This document shows positions 11,469 to 25,265 of a stretch of DNA of 64,000 bases, in pieces. Below the pieces are notes generated by a model. The model ran no database searches. It had not been told where the DNA came from and saw only the letters and a program-made list of their open reading frames with translations. Numbering within the stretch: position 1 is the stretch's first letter; each line of letters begins with the position of its first letter. The DNA is from an uncultured delta proteobacterium (GTDB taxonomy: Bacteria; Desulfobacterota; Binatia; UBA9968): NCBI GenBank assembly GCA_963804165.1, contig CAWDPO010000042.1, forward strand, positions 32,001 through 96,000. Direction: 5' to 3'. The translations under genes and the position numbers were made by a program.

Positions 11469-12398
11469 TGGCCAACGGTTCGCGATAATAGGCCGCCGTG
11501 CGTTGCAGTCCGTCCGCGAGTGCCATTTGCGGCCGCCAGCCGAGAACTTCTCCGGCGCGGCCGTTATCGATGCAGCTGCGCCGCTGTTCGCCCGGTCTTT
11601 GCCGGGCCATGCTGCGCTTCGAGCTCGACTGCCCAAGGCGTCGCGCAAATGATTGAAAAATCGTCACCACGTCGGTTTCGACGCCGGTGCCGATGTTGAT
11701 CGGACCGACAAACGACGACTGTCAAGCGCCGCGACATTGGCCGCCACGACATCGCCGACGTAAACATAATCGCGGGTTTGCTTGCCGTCGCCATTGATGA
11801 CCGGCGTTTTACCCGCCAGCAGCATGGACAGGAAAATCGCCACGACTCCGGCCTCGCCCTTGGCCGACTGGCGCGGCCCATAAACATTGGCATAACGCAG
11901 GGCGATATACGGTAACCCGAACGCCTGGTGATAATACGAAAGATAGAGTTCGCCGGTGCGCTTGCTCACGCCGTAGGGACTCGCCGGCTGCGTCGCATGG
12001 CTTTCGGCCGCGGGAAAACTCTCTTGCTCGCCATAGACCGCGCCGCCGGAAGAAGCGAAGATCACTCTTCTTCACGCCGGCAGTTTTTACAGCCCTCCAG
12101 CAAATTAATAAAACCGAGAATATTCACGCGCGCATCGAAAGTCGGATCGGCCACCGAATGGCGCACATCCATTTGCGCCGCGTGATGACTCAAGACATCG
12201 GGCTTGATTTGCTCGATGAGCTGAGCTGCTTTGCTGTCCGCGATATCGACCTGGTGCAGCGTCGCTTTGGCGTTGACATTGCTCCGTTTGGCCGGTGGAA
12301 AAATCATCGAAGATATGAACTTCGTGGCCGCGCTCGAGATAGGCGTCGACGATGTTCGAGGCGATGAAGCCGGCGCCGCCGGTGACGACGATTTTCAC
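11465..12398 (-). CDS. NAD-dependent epimerase (UDP-glucose 4-epimerase-like), frameshifted
   Basis: [17 protein letters not shown] (YxxxK), [23 protein letters not shown]. Confidence 0.88.
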
Positions 12399-12409
12399 GG
12401 CTTTCGCTC

Positions 12410-13329
<920 letters not shown>

Positions 13330-13345
<16 letters not shown>

Positions 13346-14650
13346 TGTTCCGTCCTATGGAGTAATAGGTAAAGCCCAGTCTTGCGCAGATCCGCGGGAT
13401 CGTAGATATTGCGGCCGTCAAAAATGACCGGATGGGTGAGCAGGTTTTTGACCCGAGCAAAATCCGGCCGGCGAAACTCATTCCATTCCGTGAAGATCAG
13501 CAGCGCCGCCGCGCCATGCAGCGCGTCATAGTTTCGATGGGTATATTGGATGCGGTCGCCGAAGATTTTTCGCGCTTCTTCCATCGCTTCGGGATCGAAG
13601 GCTTGCACCCTCGCGCCCGCGCCGAGCAGCGATTCGATGACGGTGATCGCCGGCGCGTCGCGCATATCGTCGGTGCGCGGTTTGAATGCCAACCCCCAAA
13701 TGGCGAACGTCAGTCCGGACAAGCTCGGCGCCGAAGTGGCGCTTGACTTTTTCGAACAGCAGTCCCTTTTGCCGCTCGTTGACTTGCTCGACCGCTTTGA
13801 GCAGCACCATTTCCGGCTCATCTCCGCCCATGCTGATCATGGCGCGGATATCCTTGGGGAAACAGGAGCCGCCGTAACCGACGCCGGGAAAAATAAAATG
13901 CGGCCCGATGCGCCGGTCCAAGACTGATCGCCCGGCGCACTTCGCCGATGTCGGCGTTGCATCTGCTCGCACAGCCGGGCGACTTCATTGATAAAGGAAA
14001 TTTTGGTCGCCAGCATGGCGTTGGCGGCGTACTTGCTCATCTCCGCGCTCCGGCTGTCCATGATCAGGATGGGATTGCCGGTGCGGACAAACGGCTCGTA
14101 GAGCTCCTTCACCGTCGCCAGGGCCTCTGCATTGTCGCCGCCCAAGACAACCCGGTCCGGCTTCATGAAGTCTTCGACCGCCGCGCCCTCTTTCATGAAA
14201 CTCCGGATTGGAAACGACCGCAAACGGCTGTGCCGTCTCTTCGGCGATCCAGTCGTTTGATTTGGTCCGCCGTGCCCACCGGAACCGTGCTTTTGGTGAC
14301 GATGATCTTGAAACGAGTCCATAGCTTTAGCGATGCCTTTGGCGGTGGCATGAACGTATTCGAGATTGGCATCTCCGTTGGCGCCCTGCGGCGTGCCGAC
14401 GGCGATGAAGATAACAGCCGATTTCTTCACCGCATCGGCCAAATCGGTGGTGAAGATAAGCGCTGCTCTTCAGCGTTGCGTCGCACCATCTCTTCCAAGG
14501 CCCGGCTCGTAAATCGGCACCTTGCCCGCCTTGAGCATAGTCAATTTTTGTCTCATCGATATCGACGCAGATAACATCGTTGCCGCTCTCGGCGAAACAA
14601 GTGCCGGCAACCAAGCCGACATAGCCGGTGCCAACTACAGCCAAATTCAT
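13330..14650 (-). CDS. ugd: UDP-glucose 6-dehydrogenase, frameshifted
   Basis: [49 protein letters not shown]. Confidence 0.92.
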
Positions 14651-15608
14651 AACCTCCTCTCGCCCTCGCAGAATTTCACCGACGACATAAACTGGACGGT
14701 CCTGAGACTCGTGATAGGTCCGCGCCAACATTTCACCCAGTAAACCCATGGTGATGAATTGAAAACCGATAAAGATCAGCAGTATCGCCAGCAACAGCAG
14801 CGGCCGGCTGCCGATGTCCAGATCGTAAACGAATTTTTGCACCGTCAAATAAAGCGCGATGGCAAAGCCCGTCAGGCCGCTGATCAATGCCGATCGGTCC
14901 GAACACATGCGCCGGCCGGGTCGAATAGCTGCTGAGAAACTTCACCGTCAGCAGATCCAACACCACGCGCAGCGTCCGCGTGATGCCATACTTCGATTGT
15001 CCGCGAAATCGGGGCCGGTGGTTGACTTTGAGTTCGGCGATCTGCGCGCCGCTCTCGTAAGCGATGGCCGGAATGAAACGATGCATTTCACCGTACAGGC
15101 TGCAGACCCTTCGCGACATCTTGTCGCATCGCTTTGAGCGTACAACCGTAATCGTGCAAATTCACGTTCGTGGTCCAGGATATCAGACCGGTTGGCGATC
15201 ATTGAAGGCAGACGCCGATTGAGAAACGGGTCCCGCCGGTTAAACCGCCAGCCCGCCACCAGATCGTTGCCCTCCTCGTAGCTTAGCGAGCAAGGCGGGA
15301 ATATCGGCAGGATCATTTTGTCCATCACCGTCCATGAGGACAACGATATCGCCTTGGGCGTAGAGCCAAACCGGCCGCCAGCGCCGCCGTTTGGCCAAAA
15401 TTTCGCTTGAGACGCACGACCTTGAGCATGGATTCTTGCGTGTAAACGGCGCTTCAACGCGGCGAACGTGCCGTCGTTGCTGCCGTCGTCGACGGCGACG
15501 ATCTCGAAGGCTTTTGCCCAAGGGTGCCAGGACACCGTCGATCTCGCGAATCAGCGGTTCGACGTTATCTTCTTCGTTATAAACCGGAATGACGATCGAA
15601 AGCTCCAT
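14647..15608 (-). CDS. Glycosyltransferase family 2 (polyprenol-phosphate glycosyltransferase-like), frameshifted
   Basis: [43 protein letters not shown]; C-terminal TM helices. Confidence 0.9.
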
Positions 15609-15612
15609 CGAC

Positions 15613-16520
15613 TCAGGAATGAAAATCGGTCAGCTCGACGAACCGTTGGTAACGCTCTTCAATCTCTGCAGCGAGACATCGGTCAGCCGTTTGACGCCAA
15701 AATCCTCAACGGTAAACGACGCCACGACGGAACCGTAAACGATCGCCCGGCGCAGGCCGCCCTGGCTCTGGTCGCCGGAGCGCGCCAGGTGGCCCATGAA
15801 ACCGCCAGCGAAGGAATCGCCCGCGCCGGTGGGATCGAACACCTCTTCCAATGGATAGGCCGGCGTCGCAAAGACCGAGGAATCGGAAAATTGCAGCACG
15901 CCATACTCGCCGCGCTTGATCAGGACCATCTTCGGCCCCATCTTCAGTATCGCCCGCGCCGCCTTGACGATATTATCGTAGCCGCTGAGCAACCGCGCTT
16001 CAGAATCGTTGACGCACCAGAATTTCGATGCGCTTGAGCACTTTTTTTAATTCCTCGTTGCTCTCGCGGATCCAGTGATCCATGGTGTCGCAAACCACCA
16101 GCTTCATGCGACGAAGCTGGTGCAGCACTTCCATTTGCATCGACCGGATCGATATTGCCGAGAAAAACGTATTCGGCGTCGCGATAGCGTTCGCGGCAGT
16201 TTCGGCTCGAAACCGGCCAAGACGTTGAAGTGCAGCTCGATGGTATCGCGCTGATTGATATCTTCATGATAGCGGCCGCGCCAGTGAAACGTATCGCCTT
16301 TCTCGCGCTGAATGCCTTCGATATCGATGTTGCGCTGGTTAAAAAGGTCAAGATAATCCTGCGGAAAATCCTGGCCGATCACGCCGACGATGCGCACCGG
16401 AGCGAAAAAACTCGCGCCCAGCGCGAAATAGGACGCCGATCCGCCCAGGATGCGCTCGGCCGAACCAAAAGGCGTTTCAATCGAATCGAATGCAACCGTT
16501 CCAACGACGAAGACACTCAT
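15613..16520 (-). CDS. PfkB-family carbohydrate kinase, frameshifted
   Basis: [35 protein letters not shown]. Confidence 0.9.
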
Positions 16521-17380
16521 AGATATTTTCCGATAATGGGCCGCAATTGGACGCGAAGTTTCTTTGGAATACGGGCACGTTCGGTAATGATAGCATCCTT
16601 TAACGCCGACGCACAGCTGCAGGAACGCGTTGAAGGTAGTTTCGCCACGGCCCGCCGGATCGTTCGCTGCGCCAGATCCACGTTGTGCTTCAGCACGGTC
16701 GAGTACATGCTCGATTTCAACATCGCCGGCGTCCTGATTCCAACAATCGTAATCGGTCGCCAACGCCAGAGTGCTGAAACAGATTTCCGCCTCGCGCGCC
16801 AGTTTTGCTTCCTGAAGATTGGTCATGCCAATCACGTCCGCGCGCCAACTTCGATACAGCTGCGACTCCGCCCGGGTCGAAAACTGCGGTCCCTTCCATG
16901 CAAAGGTAAGTTCCGCCGGCGTGAACTTTCGCGCCTTCGGCAGTCGCCGCATGCAACGAGAATTCCCGACAGTTCTTTGCAAAAGGGATCCGCCATGCTC
17001 ACGTGCGCGACCAGTCCACGACCAAAAAAAGTGCTCGGCCGCTGCGTCGTGCGGTCGATAAATTGATCGGGAACAACCACATGCCCCGGCGCGATTTCTT
17101 GACGCAGGCTGCCCACCGCGCTGATCGAAAGGATTCGTTCCACGCCGAGTTTCTTCATCGCGAAAATATTCGCGCGAAAATTGACTTCGGTCGGCAGCCA
17201 GCGATGTCCCCTGCCGTGGCGCGGCAAGAATACCAATTCGGTTCGTCCCAAGCGGCCGCGAATCAATCGATCCGAGGGTTTGCCGAACGGTGTTTTTACG
17301 TCTATTTCCCGCACTCGCTCGATTTCGGACATCTGGTAGAGGCCGCTGCCGCCGATGACGCCTATGATAGGTGAGGCCAT
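16517..17380 (-). CDS. mtnP: S-methyl-5'-thioadenosine phosphorylase, frameshifted
   Basis: [49 protein letters not shown]. Confidence 0.92.
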
Positions 17381-17386
17381 ACCAGA

Positions 17387-18454
17387 TCAACTGACCGCGG
17401 CGGAAATTGGTCTTGCCGGCGCGCGCCCATGTTCGTCACCCTGAAGCTGCCCGCACGCGGCTTGAATATCGTCGCCTCGGGGCCGGCGCACATTGACCTG
17501 CACACCCGCATCGTGCAGGACGTTTTGAAAGCGCGCGACCTCCGCGTCCGTCGGTCTGAGATAGGCGCTGCCGGGATGAGGATTAAAAGGAATCACGTTC
17601 ACTTTGCTGGGAATACCCTGGAGAAGGTTGGCGAGCTGGCGCGCCTGTTGCTCGGAATCATTGATACCACGCAGCAACACATATTCAAAAGTGATGCGCT
17701 TGCGTCGTGGAATCGGCAGCGCCCGGCAGCAATCGAGCAGCCTGGACAGTGAATATTTGCGATTGACCGGCATCAGCTCGCCGCGCAGTTCATCGCTTGG
17801 CGCGTGTAGTGAAATCGCCAAATTGACCCGCGTCTCCGCCATGAGTTTTTGGATTTGCGGCACCAGACCAACCGTGGATACTGTGACTCGACGCGGCGAA
17901 ATGCCGACGCCCCACTCGCCATCAGTGATGATTTGCAGCGCGCTCAAAGTCTGGTCGTAGTTGGCCAGCGGTTCGCCCATCCCCATAAGAACGACGTGGG
18001 TGATGCGCCGGTCATCGCTCAGCGTACGACTGGCTTCTAGTATCTGATCGACGATTTCGCTAGCCATTAGATTTCTTGTAAGACCCAAAACCGCCGTGGC
18101 ACAAAAGGCGCAACCAAAACCGCAACCGGCTTGGGTCGAGACACAGAGCGTTAGCCGCTTGCTCTCCGGGATCAGCACACTTTCGATGCTGGCGCCGCCG
18201 GTGAGACCGAAAAGAATCTTCACCGTGCCATCGCGCGACTCGGCGCGCCGCAGCGTTAGCAAGCGTCCGATGATGAACTTTTCGTCTAACTCCTCGCGCA
18301 ACACGCGAGAGAGATTTGTCATCTCGGCAAATGTCGTCGCCCGCTTCTGAAACAGCCATTGGCGGATCTGCTTGGCGCGGTAGACCGGATGGTTGTGTTC
18401 GCTCAGAAACGCCGTCAGTTCTTTGAAGCTCAAATCTTTGACGTTGGGCTTCAC
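17387..18454 (-). CDS. rlmN: 23S rRNA A2503 C2-methyltransferase (radical SAM)
   Basis: [33 protein letters not shown]. Confidence 0.96.
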   Translation of the reverse strand: MKPNVKDLSFKELTAFLSEHNHPVYRAKQIRQWLFQKRATTFAEMTNLSRVLREELDEKFIIGRLLTLRRAESRDGTVKILFGLTGGASIESVLIPESKRLTLCVSTQAGCGFGCAFCATAVLGLTRNLMASEIVDQILEASRTLSDDRRITHVVLMGMGEPLANYDQTLSALQIITDGEWGVGISPRRVTVSTVGLVPQIQKLMAETRVNLAISLHAPSDELRGELMPVNRKYSLSRLLDCCRALPIPRRKRITFEYVLLRGINDSEQQARQLANLLQGIPSKVNVIPFNPHPGSAYLRPTDAEVARFQNVLHDAGVQVNVRRPRGDDIQAACGQLQGDEHGRAPARPISAAVS

Positions 18455-18489
18455 GTTTAAATAGCGCTCGCAGTAAACGTTAGGGGCCT

Positions 18490-18516
18490 GTAGGGGCCGA
18501 CCCTATGTGGTCGCCC
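18490..18516 (+). repeat. GTAG-type REP-like palindrome
   Basis: GTAGGGGCCGACCCTATGTGGTCGCCC in the ndk-rlmN spacer. Confidence 0.55.
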
Positions 18517-18536
18517 GCAACAGATATGGCGGCCGG

Positions 18537-18956
18537 TCAAAAAATCTCGTCGGGCCTGAAAAAAAAGGCAATCTCACCGGCCGCGGTTTCCGGCCCGTCT
18601 GAGCCGTGGACAGCGTTCTGCTCGACGTCTTTGCCGCAATCTTTGCGAATCGTTCCCGGCGCGGCTTTCGCGGGATCGGTGGCGCCCATGATCTCGCGAT
18701 TTTTCGCGATCGCGCTTTCGCCCTCGAGAACTGACACAAAGATCGGTCCGGACGACATATAAGCACACAGGCTGGCAAAAAACGGCCGCTCCTTATGCAC
18801 CGAATAAAACGCCTGCGCTCGCTCCGGCGACAACCTCAGAAGTTTTCCTGCGGCGATGCGGAGACCAGCGGACTCGAACCGGCGCAGAATTTCGCCGATC
18901 AAATTGCGTCCCACTGCATCGGGTTTGACAATCGATAAGGTTCTTTCGACACTCAT
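18537..18956 (-). CDS. ndk: Nucleoside diphosphate kinase
   Basis: [15 protein letters not shown] ... NAVHGSD. Confidence 0.97.
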   Translation of the reverse strand: MSVERTLSIVKPDAVGRNLIGEILRRFESAGLRIAAGKLLRLSPERAQAFYSVHKERPFFASLCAYMSSGPIFVSVLEGESAIAKNREIMGATDPAKAAPGTIRKDCGKDVEQNAVHGSDGPETAAGEIAFFFRPDEIF

Positions 18957-19828
18957 TACTTTCCTAACGCCTCCTGCATCATTGCGCCGATCGTCGCCGG
19001 TGAAGATGCCATACAAATCCCCGCCGCTTTCATTGCGGCAATTTTTTCCTTGGCGGTGCCTTTGCCGCCCGAAATGATCGCGCCAGCGTGGCCCATTCTT
19101 TTTCCCGGCGGCGCCGTCTGACCGGCGATGAAACCAACCACCGGCTTTTTCATGTTGAGCTTGATCCAAGCCGCGGCTTCTTCCTCAGCGCTGCCGCCGA
19201 TCTCGCCGATCATAACGACGGCGTCGGTTCCACGGTCCTGGTTGAACATTTTCAGAACGTCGACGAATTCAAATCCATGCACCGGATCACCGCCGATGCC
19301 CACACACGTCGACTGCCCCAACCCGAGCCGGGTCAACTGGTCTACGGCTTCGTAGGTCAACGTGCCGCTGCGCGACACCACGCCAATGGTTCCCTCTTTG
19401 TGAATGTGTCCGGGCATAATACCGATCTTGCATTCTCCCGGGGTAATCGTGCCCGGACAATTCGGACCGAGCAATTGCGAGCTTCTACCCTCAAGGTAGC
19501 GCTTCACCTTCACCATATCGCGCACTGGCACGCCCTCGGTAATACAGATAATCAAGGCAATTCCGGCATCAGCCGCTTCGAGGATCGCATCCGCGGCGAA
19601 CGGCGGCGGTACATAGATCACGCTCGCGTTAGCGCCCGTCTCCCGCACCGCCCGTTCAACGGTGTCGAAGATGGGAATTCCTTCGAACGCCGTCCCGCCC
19701 TTGCCGGGTGTCACACCCGCCACCATCTGCGTGCCGTATTCTTTGCACGCTTTGGTATGAAATTGTCCCGTCGCTCCCGTAATACCTTGCGTCAAAACTC
19801 GCGTTTGTTTGTTGACCAGGATGGACAT
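18956..19828 (-). CDS. sucD: Succinyl-CoA synthetase alpha subunit
   Basis: [29 protein letters not shown]. Confidence 0.97.
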   Translation of the reverse strand: MSILVNKQTRVLTQGITGATGQFHTKACKEYGTQMVAGVTPGKGGTAFEGIPIFDTVERAVRETGANASVIYVPPPFAADAILEAADAGIALIICITEGVPVRDMVKVKRYLEGRSSQLLGPNCPGTITPGECKIGIMPGHIHKEGTIGVVSRSGTLTYEAVDQLTRLGLGQSTCVGIGGDPVHGFEFVDVLKMFNQDRGTDAVVMIGEIGGSAEEEAAAWIKLNMKKPVVGFIAGQTAPPGKRMGHAGAIISGGKGTAKEKIAAMKAAGICMASSPATIGAMMQEALGK

Positions 19829-19896
19829 TCTTCAAACCGAAAAGCGTGAGGAGTTAAGCGTTAGGCGTCGTCCCCTCACCCCTTGCGCTTTACTCC

Positions 19897-21060
19897 TTAC
19901 TTTCCTACCGCTTTCACAATTTTCTCGGCCGCCTCGGCCATCGTTTCAGCGGAAATAATCGTCAAACCGGACTCAGCGAGGATTTGTCGGCCCTGCTCCA
20001 CGTTGGTTCCCTGCATGCGCACGACGAGTGGCACGTTGATGTGGAGTTCCCGTGCGGCATCGACAACGCCTTGAGCCAACACGTCGCAGCGCATGATGCC
20101 GCCGAAAATATTGATCAGCACGCCGCGCACCCGCGCATCGGCGAGAAGGATCTTGAAAGCCTGCGCGACCTTTTCCTTGTTGGCGCCGCCGCCGACGTCG
20201 AGAAAATTGGCCGGCTCGCCGCCGTAGAGCTTGATGATATCCATGGTCGCCATCGCCAAGCCGGCGCCGTTGACCATACAGGCGATGTTGCCGTCCAACG
20301 AAATGTAGGAGAGATCGTATTTGCTTGCTTCGACCTCGCGCGGATCTTCTTCATCCAAATCGCGCAGCGCAACGATATCTTTTTGCCGGAAAAAAGCGTT
20401 GCTGTCGAAATTCATCTTGGCGTCGAGCGCGATCACCTGGCCTTCCTTCGTTATGATCAGCGGATTAATCTCGGCGAGCGACGCGTCGCATTCTTCGAAG
20501 GCGCGATAAAGTCCCTGCATCACGCCAACCAATTTCCCGGTCAGCGCAGACGGAATTCCCAATGCAAATGCCAAGCGGCGGCATTGAAAGCCGGCCAAGC
20601 CGATCACCGGATCGATGGTTTCTTTCAATATTTTTTCCGGATGATGGGCCGCGACTTCCTCAATCTCAACGCCCCCTTCCGAAGAGCAAATCACCGTCAC
20701 GCGGGATTGCACCCGATCCAATACCATGGCCAGATAAAGCTCACGCTCGATGTTTACCCCTTGCTCGACAAGTACCCTCCGCACCTGGCGGCCCTCCGGA
20801 CCAGTTTGATGCGTGACAAGGTTTTTGCCGAGCATCTCCCGCGCTTTTAATGCCGCTTCTTCAGGACTCTTGACGACTTTGACACCACCACCCTTGCCGC
20901 GCCCGCCGGCATGAATCTGCGCTTTGACGACGCTCACGCCACCGCCCAGTGATTGCGCCGCCGACTTGGCTTCGTCCGGTGTGGTCGCGACGAGCCCCCG
21001 CGGCACGCTGACGCCGAAGCGCTTGAGAATTTCCTTCGCTTGGAACTCGTGGATGTTCAT
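19897..21060 (-). CDS. sucC: Succinyl-CoA synthetase beta subunit
   Basis: [41 protein letters not shown]. Confidence 0.97.
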   Translation of the reverse strand: MNIHEFQAKEILKRFGVSVPRGLVATTPDEAKSAAQSLGGGVSVVKAQIHAGGRGKGGGVKVVKSPEEAALKAREMLGKNLVTHQTGPEGRQVRRVLVEQGVNIERELYLAMVLDRVQSRVTVICSSEGGVEIEEVAAHHPEKILKETIDPVIGLAGFQCRRLAFALGIPSALTGKLVGVMQGLYRAFEECDASLAEINPLIITKEGQVIALDAKMNFDSNAFFRQKDIVALRDLDEEDPREVEASKYDLSYISLDGNIACMVNGAGLAMATMDIIKLYGGEPANFLDVGGGANKEKVAQAFKILLADARVRGVLINIFGGIMRCDVLAQGVVDAARELHINVPLVVRMQGTNVEQGRQILAESGLTIISAETMAEAAEKIVKAVGK

Positions 21061-21139
21061 CGTTTCAGGCGTGATACAATGAGACCCTAAGACTAAACGA
21101 TTGGCCTCAGGGTCTCAATACTACGGAATCTTAATTGTG

Positions 21140-22084
21140 TTACGCAACGCCCAACACGCGGTTCATCGCCTGCACGATATCTTTAACGTGACTGAGCGAT
21201 TCATCGAAGGCCTTCTTGTCGGCGGCATTGAGATTGATGTCGATGACTTTTTCCACACCGCCGGCGCCGATCATCACCGGCACGCAGAAGTAATAGCCGC
21301 TGACGCCGTACTCGCCTTCGAGCAACGCCGCGCATGGAAGAATTTCCTTCTTGTCGAAGAGAAAGGCCTCTGTCATTTGAATCGCCGCGGAAGCGGGTGA
21401 GAAATACGCCGATCCCGTCTTCAATAATGCAACCACTTCGCCGCCGGCGTTGCGCACCCGCGCCTCAATCTCGTCCAGACGCTGCGCCGGGATTAGTTTC
21501 TCCACCGGCACACCCCCGACAATGCAGGAGCTGCGCACCGGCACCATGTCATCGCCGTGACCGCCCAGAACCATCGCGTGTACGCTTTTCACGGAAACGT
21601 TCAGTTCCTTTGCAATGAAAGAGCGATAACGCGACGAATCGAGAATCCCCGATTGACCGACGACCCGGTTCTTCGGAAAGCCCAGGGCGCGCTGCATCAG
21701 CGTCACCATCGCGTCGAGCGGATTGGTGATGACGATGACGAAGGAGCTGGGCGCGTGTTTTTTGATGCCGTCCGCGACTGACGTCAGAATCTTAGCGTTG
21801 GTGCCCAGCAAATCGTCACGGCTCATGCCCGGCTTGCGCGCGATTCCTGCCGTCACGATGCAAACATCGGCGCCGGCAATATCGTCGTACTTGTTGGTGC
21901 CAATAACATTACCGTCGAAACCTTCGATCGGCCCGGCGTGGGATAAGTCGAGCGCTTTACCCTGCGGCAATCCTTCGATGACATCGAACATCACCACATC
22001 GCCAAGCCCCTTCAATAGCGCTAAATGGGCCATCGATCCGCCGATATTCCCAGCGCCGATAAGCGTTATTTTCTTCCTTGCCAT
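21140..22084 (-). CDS. mdh: Malate dehydrogenase (LDH-like)
   Basis: IGAGNIG, RKPGMSRDDL, VLGGHGD. Confidence 0.96.
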   Translation of the reverse strand: MARKKITLIGAGNIGGSMAHLALLKGLGDVVMFDVIEGLPQGKALDLSHAGPIEGFDGNVIGTNKYDDIAGADVCIVTAGIARKPGMSRDDLLGTNAKILTSVADGIKKHAPSSFVIVITNPLDAMVTLMQRALGFPKNRVVGQSGILDSSRYRSFIAKELNVSVKSVHAMVLGGHGDDMVPVRSSCIVGGVPVEKLIPAQRLDEIEARVRNAGGEVVALLKTGSAYFSPASAAIQMTEAFLFDKKEILPCAALLEGEYGVSGYYFCVPVMIGAGGVEKVIDINLNAADKKAFDESLSHVKDIVQAMNRVLGVA

Positions 22085-22158
22085 AACTCCCTCAAAACGA
22101 TTTGAATCTAGCTACAACCGAATCCTTCTGCACTCGACCCTCGTCACTCGACGCTTCC

Positions 22159-23565
22159 TCACATATTCGCGATGATGGCGTCGCCGAATCCGGAACAACT
22201 CACCAACTTCGATCCCGGCATCAAACGCTCGAAGTCGTAGGTCACGGTCTTGGCGTTGACCGCACCCTCGATCCCTTTGATGATCAAATCAGCGGCTTCC
22301 GACCAACCCATGTAGCGCAGCATCATCTCGCCGGAGAGGATTACCGATCCCGGATTCACTTTATCGAGGTCAGCATACTTCGGCGCCGTGCCGTGGGTCG
22401 CTTCGAAAACCGCATGGCCGGTTTCGTAGTTAATATTGGCGCCGGGTGCGATGCCGATGCCACCCACCTGCGCCGCTAGAGCGTCGGAGAGGTAGTCGCC
22501 GTTCAGATTCAATGTCGCAATGACATCGTAGTCTTTGGGCCGGATGAGCACGAACTGCAGCGTCACGTCGGCGATGGAGTCCTTGAGCATCAGCTTTGAC
22601 TTCCACTTGCCGTCGCCATGGGTCGGCCAAAGTTTGAGCGCCTCTTCGACTTCCTTTTTTATATCGCCCTGCTGCGCCGGTGACATCATGTCGAAGCCCG
22701 GATCGATGAGCTTGGCATTTTCTTCCACCGAAATATTCGGTTTGGCTTCTCTGTTACCGAGGATCCACGACTCGCGCTCGGTGACCACGTCGTTGCGGAA
22801 TTCGCGCTTGCCGAGGGCGTAGCCCCACTCCATAAAAGCGCCCTCGGTATACTTCATGATATTGCCCTTATGGACGAAGTTAATGTTTTTCCGCTTGTTA
22901 TCCAGAGCCCACTGAATCGCCGCCCGGACCAAACGCTCGGTGCCTTCGACCGAGACCGGCTTTAAGCCCACGGCTGCCGTGTTTGGAAAACGAATCTTGG
23001 CATATTCTTTTGGAAAATTTTCCTTGAGCAGCGATTTGAACTTAGCGTTGGCTTCGGTGTCGTTGGGAAACTCGATGCCGGTGTAAATATCTTCGGTGTT
23101 TTCGCGGAAAACCGCCATGTCGACAAACTCAGGATGCTTAACCGGCGATGGCACGCCGTTGAAGTAGCGTACGGGCCGTAGGCAAACGTAGAGATCGAGC
23201 AGCTTACGCAGTCCGACGTTGAGCGAAGTCATACCGCCGCCGATGGGCGTCGTCAGTGGTCCCTTGATGCCGACAAGAAACTCGGTGAACGCCGGCACGG
23301 TTTCTTCGTGCAGCCAGCTATTGTACTGCTTGAAAGACTTCTCACCGGCATAAACTTCCATCCAGTGGATTTTCTTTTTGCCCTTGTAGGCCTTTTCCAC
23401 GGCTGAATCGAACACGCGGACCGACGCACGCCAAATATCGCGGCCAGTGCCGTCACCTTCAATATACGGAATGATCGGATTATCCGGGACCTGAAGCTTT
23501 TTGTTGGCCCCCATCGTAATCTTCGCACCGCTCGTTGGGACTTTTACCACTTTGTACTCTGCCAT
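22159..23565 (-). CDS. icd: NADP-dependent isocitrate dehydrogenase
   Basis: [42 protein letters not shown]. Confidence 0.97.
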   Translation of the reverse strand: MAEYKVVKVPTSGAKITMGANKKLQVPDNPIIPYIEGDGTGRDIWRASVRVFDSAVEKAYKGKKKIHWMEVYAGEKSFKQYNSWLHEETVPAFTEFLVGIKGPLTTPIGGGMTSLNVGLRKLLDLYVCLRPVRYFNGVPSPVKHPEFVDMAVFRENTEDIYTGIEFPNDTEANAKFKSLLKENFPKEYAKIRFPNTAAVGLKPVSVEGTERLVRAAIQWALDNKRKNINFVHKGNIMKYTEGAFMEWGYALGKREFRNDVVTERESWILGNREAKPNISVEENAKLIDPGFDMMSPAQQGDIKKEVEEALKLWPTHGDGKWKSKLMLKDSIADVTLQFVLIRPKDYDVIATLNLNGDYLSDALAAQVGGIGIAPGANINYETGHAVFEATHGTAPKYADLDKVNPGSVILSGEMMLRYMGWSEAADLIIKGIEGAVNAKTVTYDFERLMPGSKLVSCSGFGDAIIANM

Positions 23566-23695
23566 GTTCTCCTCACCTGCAAAAATAGCCTAAGGGCCTT
23601 TTGCAAATCTAAACGCACCTTAGGCTATTTGCTTAAAAATGAATTTTTAACTGCTCGAAACTAACTGATAAACTAAGGCGAGTCAAGGTGACTAA

Positions 23696-24370
23696 CTACT
23701 CGTTTTTCTTCTGCTCTAGCCATCTTTCCAGATAGCGGCCGGCGACGTCTCTGCCGCCCAAACCAAAGGCTAAGGCCAGCGCTAAACAGACCGCGCCGAA
23801 GACTAAAATAAATGCCCAAATGACGATCTCCGAAGCGATATCGAGAATCTCAAAGATGCCGGCGATGACAAAAATCGCCGTGCCGATATACGCCGCGCGT
23901 CCGATTGACCCTGCGGCCTCCAGGCCGGCATTGGCGCACGAGGTCCGGGTTACCGTTTCCAAAAAATTCGCGAAGTAAAGTCCTAGGATGAGCGTGACCA
24001 GAGCCGCTACGATCTTGGGAATGTAGAGATAGATCGTGTGTAATGTATCGGTTGCGCCGCTTAGGTTGAGCGTCTCCAAAGTGGTCACGATCGCAATCAA
24101 AAATAGAAACCAGAACACGAGCAGTCCGATGATATCCGACGTCGACTGCTTGATGCCGCCCTTCTCCAATATTTGCTTGATGCCGGCGCGTTCCGCTAAG
24201 TTGTCGAATTGGCAAAGCTTAAGCAAACGCACGACGACTCTCTTGATGACATTGCAGATCACCCAGCCGAGCAGAAGGATTGCGATGGAAAAGAATAAAT
24301 TCGGCAGAAAAACTGCGATTTTGGTGACAAAGGCATCCCAAAACCCTGTCACAGTGACGATGGGATTCAT
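23696..24370 (-). CDS. TM-helix repeat membrane protein (CmpX / small mechanosensitive-channel-like)
   Basis: FLPNLFFSIAILLLG and YIPKIVAALVTL repeats; ALAFGLGGRD. Confidence 0.85.
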   Translation of the reverse strand: MNPIVTVTGFWDAFVTKIAVFLPNLFFSIAILLLGWVICNVIKRVVVRLLKLCQFDNLAERAGIKQILEKGGIKQSTSDIIGLLVFWFLFLIAIVTTLETLNLSGATDTLHTIYLYIPKIVAALVTLILGLYFANFLETVTRTSCANAGLEAAGSIGRAAYIGTAIFVIAGIFEILDIASEIVIWAFILVFGAVCLALALAFGLGGRDVAGRYLERWLEQKKNE

Positions 24371-24557
24371 TCATTCCTCCTTAAGGACGACTCCGGGTCG
24401 CAACTACTAAATAGGGGAGTTGCGACAATAATGTCAAACAAAGGTGAAGAAAATCCCTAATTCGACCGCACTTGAAACCAGATGTTTCACTCAATATAGT
24501 CGGTCGACCGACTCTTGGGCGTTATAAGAAATCCTGTCCTGCCGTCGAGACCTGACC

Positions 24558-25265
24558 TTGCGTCTGTCCATTGACAAACTTTCCAAAGCCTACGGTTTTC
24601 TGTGGGCGCTCAGAGACGTGGATCTTGACCTTCAGTCAGGCCAGCTCGTCGCGCTTCTCGGACCGAACGGCGCCGGTAAGACAACCTTGTTAAAACTGTT
24701 CTCGGGATTGCTATTGCCCACCGCGGGCTCGATCCAATTTGACGGCGTTACGTTCGCGCCCGGCGCGATGGAGTTGCGCAGGAAGGTCGGCTTGTTATCG
24801 CCTGCGGACCACTTATACGAAAATCTCACGGTCAGCGAAAATTTGCGCTTTTTCGCTTCGCTCTATCACCGCCGCCATAGTCCCGCCGCGCTCGTCGAAA
24901 CGCTCGAATCCGTCAATCTCGGCTCTCGCCGCGATGACTACGTAGCAAATCTCTCCAGCGGCATGAAGTGCCGTCTCTCCATCGCCAAGTGGCAGCTTTT
25001 GCAGCCCGAGCTCCTGTTGCTCGATGAGCCCTACGGCGTGCTCGACGGCAGCGGCGTCGACTTGCTTGAAGGCTTTCTGCGCGCACAGTGCGCGCGGGGC
25101 GGTGTCGTCATCATGGCCTCGCACCATGTGTCGCGCGTGCTGCAGCTTTGCAGCCATGCGCTGATTTTGCATCAAGGGCGGTTGACCTTTAACGAAGCCA
25201 AGCAGCAGCCGTGGCCGAGTTTCGATAAAGCGTTCAGCGAATTTTTGCCGCACGGAGGATCATGA
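24558..25265 (+). CDS. ccmA: Heme exporter ABC ATPase
   Basis: GPNGAGKTT, LSSGM, LLLDEP; first gene of the ccm operon. Confidence 0.88.
   Translation: MRLSIDKLSKAYGFLWALRDVDLDLQSGQLVALLGPNGAGKTTLLKLFSGLLLPTAGSIQFDGVTFAPGAMELRRKVGLLSPADHLYENLTVSENLRFFASLYHRRHSPAALVETLESVNLGSRRDDYVANLSSGMKCRLSIAKWQLLQPELLLLDEPYGVLDGSGVDLLEGFLRAQCARGGVVIMASHHVSRVLQLCSHALILHQGRLTFNEAKQQPWPSFDKAFSEFLPHGGS

Noticed and set aside
21080-21117. TGAGACCCT/AGGGTCTCA hairpin between mdh and sucC
   Set aside because: A single short intergenic hairpin with no U-tract and no recurrence in the window.
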